NCBI GenBank assembly: GCA_965214095.1
Contig: OZ243938.1
Span: forward strand, 160,001 to 224,000
Reading direction: 5' to 3'
DNA from: Candidatus Poribacteria bacterium
GTDB lineage: Bacteria > Poribacteria > WGA-4E > WGA-3G
DNA length: 64,000 bases
Shown: piece by piece, positions 58,677 through 64,000 of the stretch
How positions within the stretch are numbered: position 1 is the stretch's first letter
Layout: every line of letters starts with the position of its first letter
Notes under the pieces: generated by a model
Database searches by the model: none
What the model saw: the letters and a program-made list of their open reading frames with translations, nothing else
Told to the model about the DNA's origin: nothing
Program-made: the position numbers and the translations under genes

Positions 58677-60077
58677 TTATACATCTGGATGTAGCGTGTG
58701 CCATGTTGTTGCATTTTCATAAGCGTGACCGACTTGTAACAATAACGGTTCACTCAAATCCTTGCCAATAAACTGAATACTCAATGGCAATCCTTCACTG
58801 TTCATGCCACACGGAACAGATAACGTTGGGGTGCCGTTGTAGTTAAACGGGACAGTAAATCTTTGAAACTTTGCTGGTCTTGGTTCCATTGGTCCATACA
58901 ACATCTCCGGTGTAACTGGATGTGGTGGGGCAGACATTGACGGACATACCAACACATCTATATCTTGAAACACACGACTGAAATGTTTAGTGCATTCAGT
59001 TCGTAATTTATGTGCTTTTTCATATTCTGCTGGTGTAACATTTGCTCCCATGTCAAGCCATCCTTGGAACCAAGGACCGTAATGCTCACGATGTGAAGGA
59101 TAACACTTTACATGTGCTTTCACAGCCTCCCAAGAACAGATTGTTGGCCACGCCAAGACATATTCATCTATATCTGGCACTTCAACATCAATTATCTCAG
59201 CGCCCAATTCTTGTAATAGTTTCACACCATCTGATACCGCTAAAGCAAGTTCTGCATCCACATCCTTAGTAGCGTAGTTTTCGTCATAACCGATACGAAC
59301 ACCATTGATTCCCTGATCAATCTTTTCAAGCATATTCGGTACAGAAGCCCTTAGGGCCCACTTATCATTTCTGTCCCTACCAGAGATTGCTTCAAGTATG
59401 ATCCCTGAATCTGCCACACTACGTGTCATCGGACCGACATGATCCATAGATAACGCAAGCTCCAACACACCGTATCTACTCACTCTACCGTAAGTTGGTT
59501 TTAAACCTACGATGCCACAAGCTGCCGATGGAAAACGGATTGAACCACCCGTATCGCTTCCAATTGAACCTGAGCACAATCCCGCTGCGGTTGCTACACC
59601 TGATCCACTTGAAGATGAACCTGTCCATCTATCTGGATTCCAAGGGTTTATGGGAATATCAAATTCTGGATGGTATCCACCCATTGCACCTTCTGTTAGG
59701 TTCAATTTACCGAGTATAACCGCACCAGAATCCTTGAGTTTTTTGACAACTGTGCTGTCGTGTTTAGGGATGTGAGCTGCCATGACATAAGCCCCACCCA
59801 TCGTGCGAATGCCATTTGTAAACAATAGATCCTTTACCCCAATAGGCACACCGTGAAGTGGACCTCGGTAGTTACCGGCAGTAATTTCCTGCTCAGCTTG
59901 TTGAGCTACTGCCATTGCTTGTTCAGCAGTTACAGTAGCATAACTTTTTAGATGACCATCATGGTGTTCAATCCGATCAAGCATTACCTTTGTCAATTCA
60001 ACAGGTGATAACTTTTTGGAAGAGAGTAATTCTGCTATTTGTGATATAGTCTTGTAATAAAGCGGAGTTTCTGACAT
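58677..60077 (-). CDS. Amidase signature family enzyme
   Basis: GPLHGVPIGVKD, GSSSGS, GSDTGGSIRFP, GLKPTYGRVSR. Confidence 0.9.
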   Translation of the reverse strand: MSETPLYYKTISQIAELLSSKKLSPVELTKVMLDRIEHHDGHLKSYATVTAEQAMAVAQQAEQEITAGNYRGPLHGVPIGVKDLLFTNGIRTMGGAYVMAAHIPKHDSTVVKKLKDSGAVILGKLNLTEGAMGGYHPEFDIPINPWNPDRWTGSSSSGSGVATAAGLCSGSIGSDTGGSIRFPSAACGIVGLKPTYGRVSRYGVLELALSMDHVGPMTRSVADSGIILEAISGRDRNDKWALRASVPNMLEKIDQGINGVRIGYDENYATKDVDAELALAVSDGVKLLQELGAEIIDVEVPDIDEYVLAWPTICSWEAVKAHVKCYPSHREHYGPWFQGWLDMGANVTPAEYEKAHKLRTECTKHFSRVFQDIDVLVCPSMSAPPHPVTPEMLYGPMEPRPAKFQRFTVPFNYNGTPTLSVPCGMNSEGLPLSIQFIGKDLSEPLLLQVGHAYENATTWHTLHPDV

Positions 60078-60099
60078 GACATTTTCCCCTAATTCTCTA

Positions 60100-60957
60100 T
60101 TATTCATTTGGACGGCTGCGACCTAATAGATTTAATAGACGTTTATCTGCAGTTTGGAGAGTATCATCAGGTACGGGGACATCGTTACACAGACTGAACC
60201 GCCAATATGCCCAATATGCAGCATACTGAGATTGAATAATATAACGCGTTTTGTTTGATGTATTAGGTGCACCGCGATGCCAACATTGTGGGTCTTGTAG
60301 ATAGATATCTCCTGCTTTGCAATAGATTGAAACAGGTTTGTTTCCTTCAAATTCGGGATTTTCTTGACTGTTGGGTCCTCTTCCAGAATAATGACTCCCA
60401 CGCACATACTGCGTTGGTCCTTCCTCAAGCGTATTTATGTCATTTAGTGCCATCTGCACTGTGAACCACATCACAGGCATCCTCAGTCGTGGGTCGTGCC
60501 GTGGCATCTCTTCAGTAACGGGGAAGTGCACAGAACCGTCTACATGCCAGCTGCTTATGGAAAGACCGGGTAGATTTCTGAGTACATTCTGTCCACAAAA
60601 TTTGCAGTTTTGTCCAACGATTGCTTCAGCAAGACTTAGGATCGGTTCACGGAGAAGCATATCTCGGAAAATTGGATCAAGTTCAATCGTGTTTCGTAGA
60701 ATGAAGGGTAACTCTTCTCCTGTCTCCGCATGTCTACCCATTTGGATATATCGGACATCTGCAAGGTGTGGATTTGTTCTGTCGGCAAGTTGTGGATCGG
60801 CGAAAAACGAATCTGTTTTGTCTCGTAGTGCGATTACCTCTTCCTCAGTGAGGATTCCTGGAAGATGTACAAAACCATCTTGAAAGAATTGCTCTGCAAT
60901 CTGTTTTGTTTTCTCTTCACTGAAAGGTTCACCTTTTAGGATTGGACTGTTTGACAT
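60100..60957 (-). CDS. PhyH family Fe(II)/2OG dioxygenase
   Basis: FFQDGF, WHVD, GPTQYVRGSH, WHRGAPN. Confidence 0.88.
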   Translation of the reverse strand: MSNSPILKGEPFSEEKTKQIAEQFFQDGFVHLPGILTEEEVIALRDKTDSFFADPQLADRTNPHLADVRYIQMGRHAETGEELPFILRNTIELDPIFRDMLLREPILSLAEAIVGQNCKFCGQNVLRNLPGLSISSWHVDGSVHFPVTEEMPRHDPRLRMPVMWFTVQMALNDINTLEEGPTQYVRGSHYSGRGPNSQENPEFEGNKPVSIYCKAGDIYLQDPQCWHRGAPNTSNKTRYIIQSQYAAYWAYWRFSLCNDVPVPDDTLQTADKRLLNLLGRSRPNE

Positions 60958-61020
60958 ATCTATCTCCTATTATACCAGTAGTTCTTTAGGTTTTTGAGGT
61001 AAATCGGGCAAGCGAATTCC

Positions 61021-64000
61021 TTATAGATTCCCAAATTTCAAATCAGAAAAGGGTTTGCCATCTGAGTCAGTAATTCGCATAAAAAATGCCCATCCACCTT
61101 CTTCATTACACACCTTCGTGAGGATACTGTTTTTACCTTGTTTGAGTGTCACAGGGATAGTGTATGTATCAACAATTGCCATAAAGGCTTTCGTATGTGA
61201 AAATGCTTCTTTCCCATTTAACCACACTTTTCCTTGGTCGTCACTATCAAATCGGATTTCAACTTTCCTTTCATCAGGAGAATAAACGGTTGTGAATGCA
61301 TAAGAGACATGCCACTCAACATTATCCTCACCGAGATGAATATAACCATCAAATTCTTCATCAATGAACTGTTTCCAACTCACCTTTCCATTTCGTCCAT
61401 CATATTTTGCTGTCAGATCAATCTCCGTGATGTTTTCAGGAATGTATGCTGTATCGTAGCCGATTCCGTCTGTATTATCAAATGGACCGAGAACCTTCCA
61501 TACATCTTCTGTGAGAAGTCCAGTCTTCTGTATATGCTTTTCTGCTTTATCAGACAGACCAAATTGACGATAGTACTCTGCTAAAGCAAAGTTTGCATTT
61601 AATTCGCTTTGCAGACTGTCAGAGTAATTGTTTTCAAGAATGGATTCAAATTTCTGTATATAATTTTCTGCTTTTTCAAGTTGACCATATTCTCGATTGT
61701 ATTCTGCCAATCTAATGTAAATATGTTTAGAGAAATCTGAATTATCTGAGAGACTGTCTTCAATTCTGGATTCAGTCTTCCGAATATGCTCTTTTGCCTT
61801 CTCAAACATACCATTTGCTGCATAGAATTTTGCCAAAATCATGTATGAATTTAACTGGATGTTGATCCTATCAGGTGCTATATCAATCAATTGATTCAAC
61901 ATATTGATGTAACCATCTTTGTCCTTAACGTTTTTGCAAGATCTGGTAATCTGTGCAAACAACTTGCGTACTAAGATTGGTGAAGATATGAGCTTTAAGT
62001 CTCCTTCACGTGATGGAAAAGTTTCTGGTGTTGTAATATATAGGTTTCTGTTGTACCTTTGCAATGCCTCTTCGTACCATTCGTTTGCGAGATATACCTC
62101 TGCTAACGTCAAAGGATGATTAGAACTTTTCGCTATCGGTGATGATTTCTCAACAAATTGCAACACATTTTCTTTGGATTGTTCTTCCGTAGAAAGCTTC
62201 CTCTCAGACTCAGGTTCTTGCTTCTCTTTGCGTGCATTTGCGATAACTTTGTCCCAATTCCAAAATAGAATTGTACCCCCTCCAAAACTAATAAGCGTTT
62301 TGCCATCAGGTGAAAGTGCCAACGTTTCAATCCTGTATGTATGCTTATCAAGTGTTGCGAGTATGTCTCCTGTAGAAATATCCAGTAATTGAATTACACC
62401 ATCAAAATGACCACAAATAAGCACGGAATCATCTGGTGAAAACAATAATCCTTCGTAACTTATATTATCATCGGACACATCCCAATAGTATGTTTCTTTC
62501 GTTATTCCTATTAAACGGATCCGTTTCGTACTTCCCACAGCAAGTAGAGAACCGTCTGCCGAGAAAGCGAAATTTAAAATACGTTCTCGGTAGCTATTAC
62601 CATCCGTATGCTGCACTTCAAAGTAAGAACATAGCTCATCTCCAGTTTCCACATCCCACATCTGAACCTGTCCGCCCTCGTTTCCACTAACAATCTTTTT
62701 GCTATCTGGTGAGAATGCCAGAGTATAAATAAAAGATTTGTCATCATCGGAATCTTCATCATGATCTGAGGTAATTATTTTCTGCTTTTCACCGGTTTCC
62801 ATATTCAATATGTAGATTCTATTTCCTCGACTACCGGCAATAGTTTTCCCATCTGGTGAAAAAACATCTTCATTATCATGTGGAAAAGAATCCAACTCTC
62901 GTCCAGTGTTGACATCAGTGATCCGAAGTACATAATTGTCAGAGTCAGAATTCCTCGAATGTACCTCTAAACCCATAGTCCTGAGTTTTGTTCCATCAGC
63001 TGAAAATACAAGGGTCGCAGCTGTCCCCCAATGTCTTGGCATCTCAACCGTCTTTTTCGTTTTATTAGTAGTTTTTTGAAAAGTTTCCAGATCCCAAACA
63101 GTGACTATTCCATCCGATGAAACACTTGAAAGTTTGGAATTACTTTTCATGAAAGACGCGGATCTTATCCACTCGTGCCCAGTAATTCTGGTTTTTCGAG
63201 GTGCTTTCGTCCTAATATTCCAAAATCGGACAGTACCATCTGTACTTCCACTTGCGAGCGTGTTCCCATCTGGTGAAAAAGCTAATCTGTTTACATTACT
63301 GGTGTGCCCCGTAAAAGTGGCGATAAATTCACTTGTAGCAAGGTTCCACAGTTGAATAGAACTATCAATATTTCCAATAGCAAGAATATTCCCATCTGGT
63401 GAGAATTTTAATGCTGTTGGTCTACTGATATTTTCCTTATACCATGGTTCATGTGTGATTAATTTGTCATCCGGAGTATGAAACAAAATTCTCATTTTGT
63501 CCACTTTCCTATTTAGGATAATGAGTTCTTCCCCACTTGTAGTATCCCACATTTGCACCGTTCCATCCAGATTTCCACTTGCAAGTATTGACCCATCTGG
63601 TGAGAATTCTAACGCAACAGAATGGTTCTTTTCCGACGTCCCCAAACGAAAATTAACTGTCTTCTCTGTTTGTTCTCTGATCGTGATTAATTTCTTACCA
63701 GTTCTTATGTCCAATAACTCAAGCCTGCCATCTCTGCTGCCTATTGCCATTTTATCTTCTGTTAGCGCATAGTGTTCAAGATGAGCATAACCTGGTCTTT
63801 CTCCAATTTCTGTGGTAGTTGTCTGTCTGGTCTCAATATTTAGAATGGTTATTGTGTCTCTGTCTTTTCCCATGCTTACAAACGTATTATGGTCTTTCAA
63901 AAACCATGCTACACCAACATCGGGAAGGGACTCGTGTTGTGAAACTCTACGTCCTGTACCTATTTCCCATACACCTTCATCTTTTATAAGAAAACGACTA
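61021..64000 (-). CDS. WD40-repeat + TPR-like + C-terminal beta-sandwich protein (5' end beyond the window)
   Basis: Repeated FSPDG..LASG..DGTV..WD; helical LAEYY repeats; C-terminal W.VLGPF...SDD..KVWLNG...LKQGKN.IL.KV. The frame stays open from 63900 to the window edge. Confidence 0.85.
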   Translation of the reverse strand, partial: SRFLIKDEGVWEIGTGRRVSQHESLPDVGVAWFLKDHNTFVSMGKDRDTITILNIETRQTTTTEIGERPGYAHLEHYALTEDKMAIGSRDGRLELLDIRTGKKLITIREQTEKTVNFRLGTSEKNHSVALEFSPDGSILASGNLDGTVQMWDTTSGEELIILNRKVDKMRILFHTPDDKLITHEPWYKENISRPTALKFSPDGNILAIGNIDSSIQLWNLATSEFIATFTGHTSNVNRLAFSPDGNTLASGSTDGTVRFWNIRTKAPRKTRITGHEWIRSASFMKSNSKLSSVSSDGIVTVWDLETFQKTTNKTKKTVEMPRHWGTAATLVFSADGTKLRTMGLEVHSRNSDSDNYVLRITDVNTGRELDSFPHDNEDVFSPDGKTIAGSRGNRIYILNMETGEKQKIITSDHDEDSDDDKSFIYTLAFSPDSKKIVSGNEGGQVQMWDVETGDELCSYFEVQHTDGNSYRERILNFAFSADGSLLAVGSTKRIRLIGITKETYYWDVSDDNISYEGLLFSPDDSVLICGHFDGVIQLLDISTGDILATLDKHTYRIETLALSPDGKTLISFGGGTILFWNWDKVIANARKEKQEPESERKLSTEEQSKENVLQFVEKSSPIAKSSNHPLTLAEVYLANEWYEEALQRYNRNLYITTPETFPSREGDLKLISSPILVRKLFAQITRSCKNVKDKDGYINMLNQLIDIAPDRINIQLNSYMILAKFYAANGMFEKAKEHIRKTESRIEDSLSDNSDFSKHIYIRLAEYNREYGQLEKAENYIQKFESILENNYSDSLQSELNANFALAEYYRQFGLSDKAEKHIQKTGLLTEDVWKVLGPFDNTDGIGYDTAYIPENITEIDLTAKYDGRNGKVSWKQFIDEEFDGYIHLGEDNVEWHVSYAFTTVYSPDERKVEIRFDSDDQGKVWLNGKEAFSHTKAFMAIVDTYTIPVTLKQGKNSILTKVCNEEGGWAFFMRITDSDGKPFSDLKFGNL

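Noticed and set aside
58677-60077. gatA call
   Set aside because: Amidase-signature motifs are generic, there is no gatB/gatC nearby, and the neighbours are catabolic.

Overview
A 64 kb bacterial chromosomal window with no rRNA and no CRISPR array. The gene content strongly suggests Candidatus Poribacteria or a similar marine or sponge-associated lineage (inference). It includes six PhyH-family dioxygenases, six Gfo/Idh/MocA oxidoreductases, two LamG proteins ending in a KxxTTWxxLK tail, a large LRR-cadherin adhesin and a WD40/TPR protein. Housekeeping genes include argD, ispE, tRNA-Gln, rplY, pth, mutS, minCDE, larA, bioD and cimA. Main highlights: (1) a complete non-autonomous IS200/IS605-type OMEGA element (omegaRNA + IsrB) inserted immediately after the argD stop codon, whose guide and ATGA TAM can be read from the flanks; (2) a ~1,135-aa protein that looks like a catalytically degenerate Prim-Pol/SF2-helicase/double-HTH fusion; (3) an unexplained, highly structured ~200-nt RNA between a consensus promoter and tRNA-Gln, with twin AACCA loops; (4) a small eukaryote-like FAIM1-type protein; (5) several dispersed GTAG-type REP families and a MITE-like unit; (6) a HepT/MNT toxin-antitoxin pair. 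All family assignments come from motif recognition by eye; no database search was run.
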